The notes below the pieces were generated by a model. It made no database searches, had not been told where the DNA came from, and saw only the letters and a list, made by a program, of their open reading frames with translations. Positions 9,634 to 18,603 of a stretch of DNA of 64,000 nt are shown piece after piece. A program made the translations under genes and the position numbers. Source of the stretch: a virus. Where the stretch lies: the IMG/VR virus record IMGVR_UViG_3300031576_000030, positions 10,969 to 74,968 of that record; one strand, 5' to 3'. Within the stretch, counting starts at the first letter, position 1, and each line of letters begins with the position of its first letter.

Positions 9634-10595
9634 AGCATCTCCTCATACAGCCGCACTGCCTCGTCGTTCATCAAGCAATCCCGCTGCGCCGCCCGCCTTC
9701 CTTCCCAGCCGATCTCCTGCCGCAACGCCTCATCTTCCACCAGGCGCGCCAGGGCTTCCACCCAGGCCGAGACCGTATTGGGTACGAGGCTGCCGCCGCC
9801 GTTCTTCCACAAGCGATATTCTCCCTCGGCGCTTGCCACGAAGGGCACCGCCGCCGCGCCGTACTCACGCAGTTTCAAGTCGCTGCGCGCCTGGTCGTAC
9901 ACGCCCGACAGGGGCGCGAGTCCGATGTCGAAACTCCTCACCATGTCCGGCCACTCCTCGAACGGCTTCCAGGAACGGTCAGTGAACTGCACCCCAAATC
10001 GATGGAGCGGATCGGAGGCCACCGCCCCACACACGCGCACCTTCACCTGGGGGTATCGCCGCTGGATGTCGGCCAGGGCCTGGGCGAAGACCGGGTTCTG
10101 CCAGGTGACGAGGTGTCCCAGGCTGCCTCCCCAGCCGATCACGACCGAACCGCTCATCTCTTTTTCTTTGGGGATGGGCCACAACTCCGGATCCAAGTAA
10201 TTGCGTAACAGTTCCGCATGATACAGGCGAGTCAACTCCACAGACGGCACCACAGTCTTTTCCACATGACCGATCACCTCCAATAACTTTTTGACGGAAC
10301 CGGACTTCTTCCAATAGTTCCAGGGTCCCGTCATGTTGCGTGGGATGTGCAGGTAATCGTCGTCGAAGGTCAGCACCACCCGCTGAGCCCCCAGGCTGCG
10401 CAGCGGTTGCAGTAATTCGTCGGCGAACACCCGCTCGACCAATACCGTGGACGACATTTTGTCCAGTGTCAACATGAGGTGGCGACACAGGACGATCTCG
10501 TGTCCCGCCTTCTGCAAATACTTGGCCGGGATGAAGATTCGGTAATGACTGGTATTGTAGGGCTGATCGTCGGCGAAGATGAACGTCGCCTTCAT
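9624..10595 (-). CDS. Glycosyltransferase, GT-B-like
   Basis: YRIFIP, FDDD, IGWGGS, FDIGLAPL, SDLKLREY, VPFVAS. Confidence 0.85.
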   Translation of the reverse strand: MKATFIFADDQPYNTSHYRIFIPAKYLQKAGHEIVLCRHLMLTLDKMSSTVLVERVFADELLQPLRSLGAQRVVLTFDDDYLHIPRNMTGPWNYWKKSGSVKKLLEVIGHVEKTVVPSVELTRLYHAELLRNYLDPELWPIPKEKEMSGSVVIGWGGSLGHLVTWQNPVFAQALADIQRRYPQVKVRVCGAVASDPLHRFGVQFTDRSWKPFEEWPDMVRSFDIGLAPLSGVYDQARSDLKLREYGAAAVPFVASAEGEYRLWKNGGGSLVPNTVSAWVEALARLVEDEALRQEIGWEGRRAAQRDCLMNDEAVRLYEEMLWP

Positions 10596-12817
10596 CGCCT
10601 CGTGCGTCTCACATTCGTCTCCGCTTCGATTCCTGCCTGCCTCAAAATCTCGCTCATCTCGTTTTCGGTCACGCCCCGGATGCCGAAGTCCAGGTCATTG
10701 CCCGCGCCGCTGAAGCGCAGGCGGATGGGGGCCATGCTGCACATCTCATTGGGGTGCAACGACAGGAACGGTTCGTCGATGGAGTGCAGGATCTGCGCGT
10801 CGGCCAAGCACAGAGGGCAAGGACCCGACCGCGACAGTTCGGGGTGCAATGCCCGCCGCCAGTGGGTCGCGCCGCGTTCCTCCATCGCCGCCTGCACCCC
10901 CTGCAGATAGGCCATTCGATGGCCTTCCTCGCCATACATCAGCGTGCGGCGCTGCACGTCCATCTGCGTTGTATTATTTTCTAAGTCCCCCAGGAAATGG
11001 TCGGCGAACTTGTTGATGAACGGCGCGGCAAAACCCCGCCAGGGTTCTGGCACCTGAGGCAGCATCCCGCCCGCGTCCCGGTAGCCCATCAAGCCGAAGT
11101 CGTCGAGTTGGGCAACGTTGACGCGCTTCAACTCCGCGATGAACGCGGCAGGGTTCTCCGGCAGGAATTCGTGGTAGGCCGCCAAGAGCAAGGCCAGATA
11201 AGCGCGGCGCTTGCGCTCCACCTCATCGTTGCGGGCAGCGTTGACCTGGATCGGCTTGCCTTGGGGAGCGCTGGCCGCATTCTGTGTCGCGCCGTTCGGC
11301 CCCACGGTCGTCTGACTGTAGGTCGGCGGCGCGAACCATAACTCGGCCTCGTTCGCCTTGCGGATGCCCTCTTTCGCCTGACGCTCAGCCTCGTAGTTCT
11401 GGCCGGACTGGGCCAGGGTCGTTTGCGGCGACAACAGGCCCGCTTGGAACAACGGCAGCAGGCGGTCGCGGATGGACGTGCGCAGTTCCAGGGCGTTGGA
11501 TGAAAATACCACCTCCGTCTCGCGCGCCGCTCGCAGCCAGGCCTCGCCTTTCTTGCTAGTTTTCCCATAGTTCAATCGGAAGCGGCGTTCCCACCACAAG
11601 AGTTGGCGGCGCATGTATTCAAATTTCTCGATCATCAGGTCGGCGTCCACCTCGAAGTCCGCGCCGCGCTCGGTGGGCAAGGTGTTGCCGGTGGAGCCGC
11701 GCATGCTGATGCCGAGACGCCGGAAGATGTCCAGGCTCAACGTCCACCAGGTCTCGGAGGCGATGATCTCTCCCGTCACGCCCGGCGTGATGACCTTAAC
11801 ATCCAGACCACCCCACCAGGCCATCTTGCCCGTGCGCTCGCCGGACAGACCGTCGACGTCGTCCCGTAGTTTCTTCATCATCTCCGGCGAAGGCTTGTGT
11901 TCCATATCACCCAGCAGAAACAGCCATAGGATGTGGCGGTATCCTTCAAAGATCGCCCGCCGCATCTCCTCGTAGATGATGCGTGTGCTCAGGGCGCGGA
12001 ACGCGCCTTGCATGTGCGGCTTGGGGTAGGCCTCCCAGCGCTGGTCGAGTCCGCGCACCGAATCGACCATGCCATCCTTGATCAAGAACTCGCCGGTCGG
12101 CGCGATCTCGCCGATCTGAAAGAACGCCTGGTAGTAGTCCACCGGCAATAGCGTTTTGAGCGCTGTTTCCGTCCATTCACCCGAGGCCGGATTTACGAAC
12201 GAGATGTGCGACAGGTGGCTGCCGACCGACACGTAGGGCGGCGGCAGCAGGAGAATGCCGCGCAATTTTCCATTTTCGTAGACGGTCAAGGGGTGGGCGA
12301 CGCCGAAGACGGCCACCGATAGCCACATGCTGGCTAACATGCTTTGCAAATCCAGGCCGTCTACGTCATACAGCATCTCGAGTTCTTGTTTGACTTCCAG
12401 GCTGGGGCCGCGGATCTCCAGGTCGCGCATGGAGACCTGGATGGGCGTCTCGAAGGCCGAGGCCACGTCGCCCTCCGAACGGTAGTAGAACCGAGCCAGC
12501 CGGTAGCCGCTCAAGATGTTGCCGGGGATAGGGAACGGCTTAGTGGCTGGCCCTGCCTCCTGTGGGGTGAAGGGGGAGAACTCACCGGCGATGAAGTTCT
12601 CCAGGCGCTCGGCGGCAGACGACTTGACATCCACGCCCTGCCGCAGCACCGCGCCGAAGGCCGACAGGTCGTCGGTCAGGTTCGCCAGGGCCTGCGCCCG
12701 GGTGGTAAACTTTCCGCCGGCGCTGCGCCATTTTCCCGCCACCGTGTCGTAGCCCGATTGGATGCCCGACAGCCACAACGGGTCGTCGGCCTGCTTGACA
12801 TTTTTGGGTTTCGCCAT
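10592..12817 (-). CDS. Portal protein with C-terminal MuF/head-morphogenesis-like domain
   Basis: Directly downstream of TerL; portal-like central region (AYPKPHMQGAF; LFQAGLLSPQTTL); C-terminal HWRR...CPLC...LHPNEMC resembles MuF. Confidence 0.7.
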   Translation of the reverse strand: MAKPKNVKQADDPLWLSGIQSGYDTVAGKWRSAGGKFTTRAQALANLTDDLSAFGAVLRQGVDVKSSAAERLENFIAGEFSPFTPQEAGPATKPFPIPGNILSGYRLARFYYRSEGDVASAFETPIQVSMRDLEIRGPSLEVKQELEMLYDVDGLDLQSMLASMWLSVAVFGVAHPLTVYENGKLRGILLLPPPYVSVGSHLSHISFVNPASGEWTETALKTLLPVDYYQAFFQIGEIAPTGEFLIKDGMVDSVRGLDQRWEAYPKPHMQGAFRALSTRIIYEEMRRAIFEGYRHILWLFLLGDMEHKPSPEMMKKLRDDVDGLSGERTGKMAWWGGLDVKVITPGVTGEIIASETWWTLSLDIFRRLGISMRGSTGNTLPTERGADFEVDADLMIEKFEYMRRQLLWWERRFRLNYGKTSKKGEAWLRAARETEVVFSSNALELRTSIRDRLLPLFQAGLLSPQTTLAQSGQNYEAERQAKEGIRKANEAELWFAPPTYSQTTVGPNGATQNAASAPQGKPIQVNAARNDEVERKRRAYLALLLAAYHEFLPENPAAFIAELKRVNVAQLDDFGLMGYRDAGGMLPQVPEPWRGFAAPFINKFADHFLGDLENNTTQMDVQRRTLMYGEEGHRMAYLQGVQAAMEERGATHWRRALHPELSRSGPCPLCLADAQILHSIDEPFLSLHPNEMCSMAPIRLRFSGAGNDLDFGIRGVTENEMSEILRQAGIEAETNVRRTRR

Positions 12818-12898
12818 GAAAATCGCCTGTACAGGGTTTGGGGAGCCTGTACAGGCGATTTTACTCCAATTTCGTCGGCGAGTCAATCAACAAAATAG

Positions 12899-13282
12899 AT
12901 GAAGGCAAACTCATTCCACCTGACCGCTGGATCGCGTGCCCACCTGTTGTTGTTGATCGCCTATCGCCTGGGGTTGTCCGAGAACTTGACCTCGGCCCGC
13001 ACCGACGCCCAACTGGTGGCCCTGCTGCGCGACCTGCCCCACTGTCAATACCACCTGCATGCCCTGGACGGCCTGCGCCCCCTGCACGACATTCACCACA
13101 CCCTGGGCCGCCTGCCCTCCCAGGACTGGCCGCAATACTGCATCGGCCTGTGCGCCGAGTGCCATCGCCGAGTGGAGAATGGCCTGGGATGCCCCGACCG
13201 CCAGGAACTGATCGAACTGGCCGAGCGCCTCACCAGGGCGCAACCCAATCGACTGCTTTTCCAACCCAGCCCATCACACTGA
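12899..13282 (+). CDS. HNH-like nuclease, antisense to the packaging operon
   Basis: HCQYH...DIHHTLGR...CIGLCAECHRRV. Confidence 0.55.
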   Translation: MKANSFHLTAGSRAHLLLLIAYRLGLSENLTSARTDAQLVALLRDLPHCQYHLHALDGLRPLHDIHHTLGRLPSQDWPQYCIGLCAECHRRVENGLGCPDRQELIELAERLTRAQPNRLLFQPSPSH

Positions 13283-14828
13283 TCAGACCCGTCTCGTCCT
13301 CGTCGACGGGTTTCTCCAGAGAATGCTGGATGGCATCCGCTAGGTGGCGCAGCGCATCGGTATTGTGATCCATCATCACGCCGGTGTGGTCGGGATCGGG
13401 CGGGCCGTAATAAATGATGCGGCCATGCTCCCCTTTGCGCTCGGTGGTGCCGGTCAACTCCTCGACCATCTCCATGTCGTTTCCCAGGATAAACTGCCGC
13501 CCGGCCAGCGACAGGTTGGCGTTGATCATCCACTGCCGGATGTTTTCGGTCAGGTACTGTTTCACCCAGGTCATGGCGGGCATTATCTTCCCGGTCTTGG
13601 GGTCGGACTCCAACAGGAGTTTGCCCGACTCGTCCAACAGCGGCGTGACACCACCCGGTATGGTGCGGTGAAACCGATCCGCCAGATGCGGGTCTTTGTC
13701 TTGCAGAGATTGGATGGCCTCGCCCTTGTCGCAACACACCGCCCCCAATGTGCCGAGCAACGTGCGATGATACAGATGGCGCAATACCCGGATCTGTAAC
13801 GGCAGCGGCACCTGGCGCATGACGATGCGCGCGTAGCATTCCCAGCGGTCTATCGGGCCGCGGCGATAGGCGATGAGCAACACGGAGGGGTCGGGGCTGT
13901 AGCCGTAGTCCCAGCCGATGCAGAATATATCCGCCCGAACCGCGGGCAATCCCAGGGCCAGGGCCACCGCCGAATCGTCGTTGCGCAGCGCCGAGGTCAA
14001 TAATTTGGTAAAGTAAGGCTGACTGCTCACACTGATGGCGTCGGGTGGGAAGGACGACAAGAGTTCCTCGCCCCACTCTCCCAACACCTGAGTCTGGTAG
14101 CCCTGGGTGTTCTCACCTCCGTAGGCGTCGATCAATTCCCTCTTCTTCTCCTCATCGTCGTAAATGGGGTTGACATAAGTATTGTACTTATGACGAGACC
14201 AATCCTTGCCCAGTTCTGTCTTATCGATGGCATAGAAGGGCGTGTTGCGCACGCCATTGGGCACCCCCGAATACCACCAGGTGGCGTCGGGCAACGCCGT
14301 CTGTATGCGTGAATTGTGGCATATCCAGTTGCCAAAGGCCATCTCGTCGCCCAGGATGTACTCGGCGCGCAGCCCCACCATGTTCTGGTCGGTGCCCGAA
14401 GTTCCCTCGATGCGAAAGTACCAGGCCAATCCACCCGCGAACAACAGGCGCGGGGCCTCGCCGCGGCGCTTCTCTTTGAGGAAGGCATTGAAGAACGGGT
14501 TGCGGCTCAGGCGGGCCAGGATGCGGTCGAAGATCGGCGCGAGATGGCTGTCGCGCGGGGCGAACATCAGCGCCTCGGTCAGCCCCTCGCGGTTGAAGTG
14601 GATGAGGCCCAGGCGGATGACCTTCGATTCGATGCACAGTGTCTTGGCGATCTTGCGGCCCGTGCATACCGAGACCTTGCGCGAGCGATCCAACACCATG
14701 TATTTCTGCGCGACCGACATCTCCCGACTCAAATCTTCCCGCCAAAAGAGCAATAGGAACAGCAGTTCGTCTTCCAGGCATAGGTAGAGGTATAGATCGT
14801 CGGGGTGGAGTTGGGTGCGCTTCCGCAT
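13230..14828 (-). CDS. terL: Terminase large subunit
   Basis: Walker A-like GRKIAKT, Walker B YILGDE, coupling motif GVPNG, QTQVLGEW, nuclease motifs IGWDYGYSPD and DHNTDALRH. Confidence 0.9.
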   Translation of the reverse strand: MRKRTQLHPDDLYLYLCLEDELLFLLLFWREDLSREMSVAQKYMVLDRSRKVSVCTGRKIAKTLCIESKVIRLGLIHFNREGLTEALMFAPRDSHLAPIFDRILARLSRNPFFNAFLKEKRRGEAPRLLFAGGLAWYFRIEGTSGTDQNMVGLRAEYILGDEMAFGNWICHNSRIQTALPDATWWYSGVPNGVRNTPFYAIDKTELGKDWSRHKYNTYVNPIYDDEEKKRELIDAYGGENTQGYQTQVLGEWGEELLSSFPPDAISVSSQPYFTKLLTSALRNDDSAVALALGLPAVRADIFCIGWDYGYSPDPSVLLIAYRRGPIDRWECYARIVMRQVPLPLQIRVLRHLYHRTLLGTLGAVCCDKGEAIQSLQDKDPHLADRFHRTIPGGVTPLLDESGKLLLESDPKTGKIMPAMTWVKQYLTENIRQWMINANLSLAGRQFILGNDMEMVEELTGTTERKGEHGRIIYYGPPDPDHTGVMMDHNTDALRHLADAIQHSLEKPVDEDETGLISVMGWVGKAVDWVAPW

Positions 14829-15565
14829 CAGAAGTTGGGCTGGCCGGTGCCCAAGGTGGCAAAGTTGTTGCAACGCGGGCAGGTGAACTCGAATCTCCAG
14901 GATACGCCGTTGGCGTCCAGGTGGAATAGGATGATGCCCAGGTTGAATATGAATCCGTCCTCTTTGCAGTGGCGGCAGACGATCTGCCGCCCGCGCTGGT
15001 TGATGAGTTCGCGGGCCTCAGCCCGGATGCCCTGCACGATAGATACCACATCGCTCTCGCTGCCCCGCGACTCGCGGTCGATGCCCAGACCCTTTTCCAG
15101 CGACTGGAAGGCGGTCAGGGCGTTCTTGCGCACGTCGGAGATGGTCTTGATGTCGCCGGCGCTGGGGTTACGGGCGTAGGCCAGGACTTTCAAGCGCTCG
15201 TCGAGCAATTCCAGGGTGAGTTGGATGCGGGCCATCTCGGTCAGCGCCACCATGTCGTTGGGGGTGGGGTCGGCGAAGTTCTTGAGATAGGACTCAACGA
15301 TAGACTTGACCTGGGCTTCGTGGGCCTCGTGGCTGACACGATCCACCTGTATATTCGCCAGTGCCCGGCCAATCTTCTCCTGGCGGCCCTTGATGATGTA
15401 GCGCCGTAGGTCGTCGTCGTTCCAGCCATCGGGGTATTGGCTGTCTAAATCCTCGACCACGCCCTTGAGGTTGCGGTACTGGATCATCTCGGCGTTCGTG
15501 ACCTTTTCGGGCCGGTCGATCCACGGGGGCAAATTACTGGGGTCGATATTGCGCACGCGGGGCAT
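14828..15565 (-). CDS. Probable terminase small subunit
   Basis: Immediately upstream of and TGATG-coupled to TerL; helical, LGIDRESR segment, C-terminal CxxC...CxxC. Confidence 0.6.
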   Translation of the reverse strand: MPRVRNIDPSNLPPWIDRPEKVTNAEMIQYRNLKGVVEDLDSQYPDGWNDDDLRRYIIKGRQEKIGRALANIQVDRVSHEAHEAQVKSIVESYLKNFADPTPNDMVALTEMARIQLTLELLDERLKVLAYARNPSAGDIKTISDVRKNALTAFQSLEKGLGIDRESRGSESDVVSIVQGIRAEARELINQRGRQIVCRHCKEDGFIFNLGIILFHLDANGVSWRFEFTCPRCNNFATLGTGQPNF

Positions 15566-15573
15566 GGAGGCGC

Positions 15574-15602
15574 ATTATGACTCACTAGACAGATCTTGTC
15601 AA
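15574..15602 (-). promoter_or_regulatory. Sigma70-type promoter for the packaging operon
   Basis: TTGACA-17 bp-CATAAT on the minus strand, ending 8 nt before the ATG at 15565. Confidence 0.7.
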
Positions 15603-15614
15603 AAGTGTTATGCT
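15586..15614 (+). promoter_or_regulatory. Sigma70-type promoter overlapping the divergent one
   Basis: TAGACA-17 bp-TATGCT with extended -10 TG. Confidence 0.55.
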
Positions 15615-15662
15615 GTCCGTGTGTGGGGCGTCTTGCTAGTTGCGTGACGTTCCTCCTCCTCG

Positions 15663-15697
15663 CGGCCCGACCGAATCGCCTCCGGTCGGGCCGTTTT
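15663..15697 (+). terminator. Intrinsic terminator
   Basis: CGGCCCGACCG/CGGTCGGGCCG stem followed by TTTT. Confidence 0.65.
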
Positions 15698-15702
15698 GCC
15701 TC

Positions 15703-15730
15703 TTGACAGAACAAAATTCGGGTGTAGAAT
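15703..15730 (+). promoter_or_regulatory. Sigma70-type promoter for the replication operon
   Basis: TTGACA-16 bp-TAGAAT. Confidence 0.7.
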
Positions 15731-15862
15731 TTCATCGGGCTGGAAAAAAACAGGGAGCGGCGTCGCAAACCGCCTATCGGTCAGGGGGCGGGATTTTCGT
15801 TGTGACGCCGCGAATCAGCCCCCCTCCCCCTGACCCATGGGCGGTTTTGATTCTGAGGCGAA

Positions 15863-15985
15863 ATGTTCGACCGGAATCTCTCCAACCACATCGACCGCAC
15901 CCTCGTCAAGTTAGAGGCCAGCCACGGCATCCGCCGCTGGTGGTGGCGCATGGTCAAACGCTGGCTGGAACAACGAATCCCATGA
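15863..15985 (+). CDS. 40-aa leader ORF (MFDRNLSNHIDRTLVKLEASHGIRRWWWRMVKRWLEQRIP)
   Basis: GAGG RBS upstream; ATGA-coupled to the primase start; too short for the ORF track. Confidence 0.55.
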   Translation: MFDRNLSNHIDRTLVKLEASHGIRRWWWRMVKRWLEQRIP

Positions 15986-16899
15986 GGACCGATCCGCGTG
16001 TCCCGCTGGATGTGTTTCGTTCCGCCGGGTTGGACGCCAGCCGTTTCTTCCGCTCGGACTCCATCAGCGTCCGCGGCCCATGCTGGTGCGGCGGCCATCG
16101 ACGTCTGGCCGTATGGTTGGCGAAGTGTAACTATCAATGCGACGTATGCGGCAGGAAAGGCTTTTTGATAAACCGTAGACCGGACGCCAATACCCTGGCC
16201 CAGATGAAAGCCCAGGCGGCGCTGGCCGCCGAACGACGCGACCGAGAACGCCTCGCCCGACTGACAGAGTACACTTCGCACGAACTATGGAATGAGTTGC
16301 ACGACCGCCTGACCGACGACCACCGCATCTGGTGGGAGAACCAGGGGGTGCCACGAGATTGGCAGGATTATCTGAAGTTAGGCTACGACGCGCACCGCAA
16401 GTATCGCGGCCAAGATGGGCAGATCCACGTCTCACCTGCCTACACCATCCCCTTCTTCCACCGTGATTGGACATTCAAGACCATTCAGTTTCGCCTCAAT
16501 TCAGTCCAGTATCCCCAGGAGCGCTATCGTTTCATCCAGGGCCTGGGCACTTGTTTCTACATGAGCACGCCCAACCAGCCGCTGGGCGACGAGGTATTGG
16601 TGGTCGAGGGAGCCAAAAAGGCGATGGTCGCCCACATTCACGGCTGGGGCGGCTGCGTCCTGGCCGTACCCTCCCGCTCAGACTTCGGCGGCATCCAACA
16701 GGCCGTCGCCGACTGCGGACGCTGTTATATCCTGCTCGATCCGGATGCCACGCCACAGGCATACAAGTTGGGCCGATCTATCGGGAAGTCGGCGCGCGTG
16801 GTAGAATTACCCGTCAAGGTGGACGATGGCCTGATGCAATATGGCCTGACACGTGATGGCCTGGCCAGCGCCCTGCGCTACGCCAAGCCAGTCCAGTAA
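15982..16899 (+). CDS. DNA primase (zinc finger + TOPRIM)
   Basis: GPCWCGGH...CDVCG; VLVVEGAKKA; ILLDPDA; KVDD. Confidence 0.85.
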   Translation: MRTDPRVPLDVFRSAGLDASRFFRSDSISVRGPCWCGGHRRLAVWLAKCNYQCDVCGRKGFLINRRPDANTLAQMKAQAALAAERRDRERLARLTEYTSHELWNELHDRLTDDHRIWWENQGVPRDWQDYLKLGYDAHRKYRGQDGQIHVSPAYTIPFFHRDWTFKTIQFRLNSVQYPQERYRFIQGLGTCFYMSTPNQPLGDEVLVVEGAKKAMVAHIHGWGGCVLAVPSRSDFGGIQQAVADCGRCYILLDPDATPQAYKLGRSIGKSARVVELPVKVDDGLMQYGLTRDGLASALRYAKPVQ

Positions 16900-16904
16900 T
16901 CACA

Positions 16905-17235
16905 ACGGGCCGACCGAGACGGAGTGACGGTCGCGCCCCACATCGCACACGACGCCGAACATCACTCCAACTGTTACTGAGATCACGACGGGTTGCACCC
17001 CTAGCGAGACATTTCGTCTCCGGCCCGGACAAAACCGAGAACAGCGGGCTGCGGATAGACCGCATAGGTGGGTGGAAGGAAACTTCCTTTAGCGACCGGC
17101 CTCTACGCCGACTCCGCCGAACCTGCGGATTGTTCCCTCACACGGAAACGGAGCGGCGCACGCTGTCAGGGCGGCCCTGGGATGACTCCGTCTTTTCCCT
17201 GATCGGGAAGCGGATCGTTCCCCAACGCCTTTTCG
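16905..17235 (+). ncRNA. Candidate structured intergenic RNA
   Basis: ORF-free gap of about 360 nt with many short hairpins, including GGAAG-GAAA-CTTCC. Confidence 0.35.
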
Positions 17236-17266
17236 TCGTGAAAGAAAAAAGACAAGGAGATGATCA

Positions 17267-17668
17267 ATGAGAACCAGATCGAGATTGGAAAATCAATTGA
17301 GAACCTGTTTACAACGACATCAGGTCAGCGATGAGCAATTGATCGACGACCTGCTCAATATCCTGATGCCGGAACGGGTGCTGACCGACCAGCAGCAGAT
17401 GATCGGGGCGCTGTGCCAGGTGATGCACTGGGCCAGCGAACTCAACGGCGGGCGAGTCGCGCCGTTGGCGAGTAAGTTGCTGCAGATGGGCGTGCGGCCC
17501 GAAACCATCCTGTCCGAGTACGGGCCGAGTGGCGGCTACTGGGAGCACGACTGGCGCGGCAGGCAGGGCGAAGTCCCCAACGAGCGCGCCATCTCCGAAA
17601 CCATCTTGTTTGCCATCAACGGTTGGACAAACGATAAACGCGGCGAACGGATGCCGGACGGCGTATGA
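17267..17668 (+). CDS. Hypothetical protein, possibly replication initiator/helicase loader
   Basis: AAGGAG RBS; coupled to the helicase; function inferred from position only. Confidence 0.6.
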   Translation: MRTRSRLENQLRTCLQRHQVSDEQLIDDLLNILMPERVLTDQQQMIGALCQVMHWASELNGGRVAPLASKLLQMGVRPETILSEYGPSGGYWEHDWRGRQGEVPNERAISETILFAINGWTNDKRGERMPDGV

Positions 17669-18603
17669 CCACCTCGCCCGCCGACATCCTGTTCACCCCT
17701 GGCGAAGCGGCCTCGGCTACGCGCAGTATCCTGGAGCAGCGCCGGGCTAACCCCGCCTCGGGTGTCTATCTACCTATCGATTCGCTCTTGCCGCACCTCC
17801 TGCCCCTGGCCCAGGACAACTTGGTGACGATCCTGGGACGGCCCGGCAACGGCAAGACCTCGCTGATGATGTGGTGGGCGCGACAGGAAGCGCTGCGCAT
17901 CGCCCAGAACGGAAATCACAAGCAGGCGGTGGTCTACATCACCTACGAGCAGTCGGTCGAAGACCTGACGGCCTTTGCTCTCGCCGCCCAGAGTGGCGTT
18001 CCCATCGACGCCATGGCGCGCGGCACCATCCGCGACGATCAATGGCAGGAACTGATGGGCCAGTTCGTTCAGCAGGTGGCCCTGCCCATCGTCGTCATCG
18101 GCCACAGCATCGCCCGCCGCCAACGGCGACCTCGCCTGACGCTGACGGCGGTGATCCACGCCCTGGAATACCTGGTGGACAAACTTCAATTCGAGGTGCG
18201 CCTGGTGTTCCTGGACTACCTGCAGCGTATCCCCGGCGAGAAGTACGTCGGCGACCGGCGTATGGAGGTGTCCGAATCGCTCGACCGCTGCAAGGACAGC
18301 GCCCTGTCCTTCGGCGCGCCGTGGGTGGTGGCCGTCCAGGCGCGGCGCGATGTGGACAGCCGACCACTGCCAGTGCCTCTGATGGCCGACGGCCAGGAGA
18401 CTGCGGGTATCGAGCAGGCCTCGGACGTTGTGCTGTCGGTGGTGCGCCCCTCTCACTACCGCAAAGAGGGCGAATCGTTCGGAAAGGTGATCGTCTCCGG
18501 TCACAGCCAGATGCTGATCACCATCCTCAAGCAGCACTTGGGACCCGATAACCTAGCCGTCTGGATCAACTTCGATATCCCGGTCAACACGGTGCGGCAG
18601 TGA
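17665..18603 (+). CDS. dnaB: DnaB-like replicative helicase (C-terminal ATPase domain)
   Basis: GRPGNGKT, VFLDYLQRI, VAVQARR, IEQASDVVL. Confidence 0.9.
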   Translation: MTTSPADILFTPGEAASATRSILEQRRANPASGVYLPIDSLLPHLLPLAQDNLVTILGRPGNGKTSLMMWWARQEALRIAQNGNHKQAVVYITYEQSVEDLTAFALAAQSGVPIDAMARGTIRDDQWQELMGQFVQQVALPIVVIGHSIARRQRRPRLTLTAVIHALEYLVDKLQFEVRLVFLDYLQRIPGEKYVGDRRMEVSESLDRCKDSALSFGAPWVVAVQARRDVDSRPLPVPLMADGQETAGIEQASDVVLSVVRPSHYRKEGESFGKVIVSGHSQMLITILKQHLGPDNLAVWINFDIPVNTVRQ

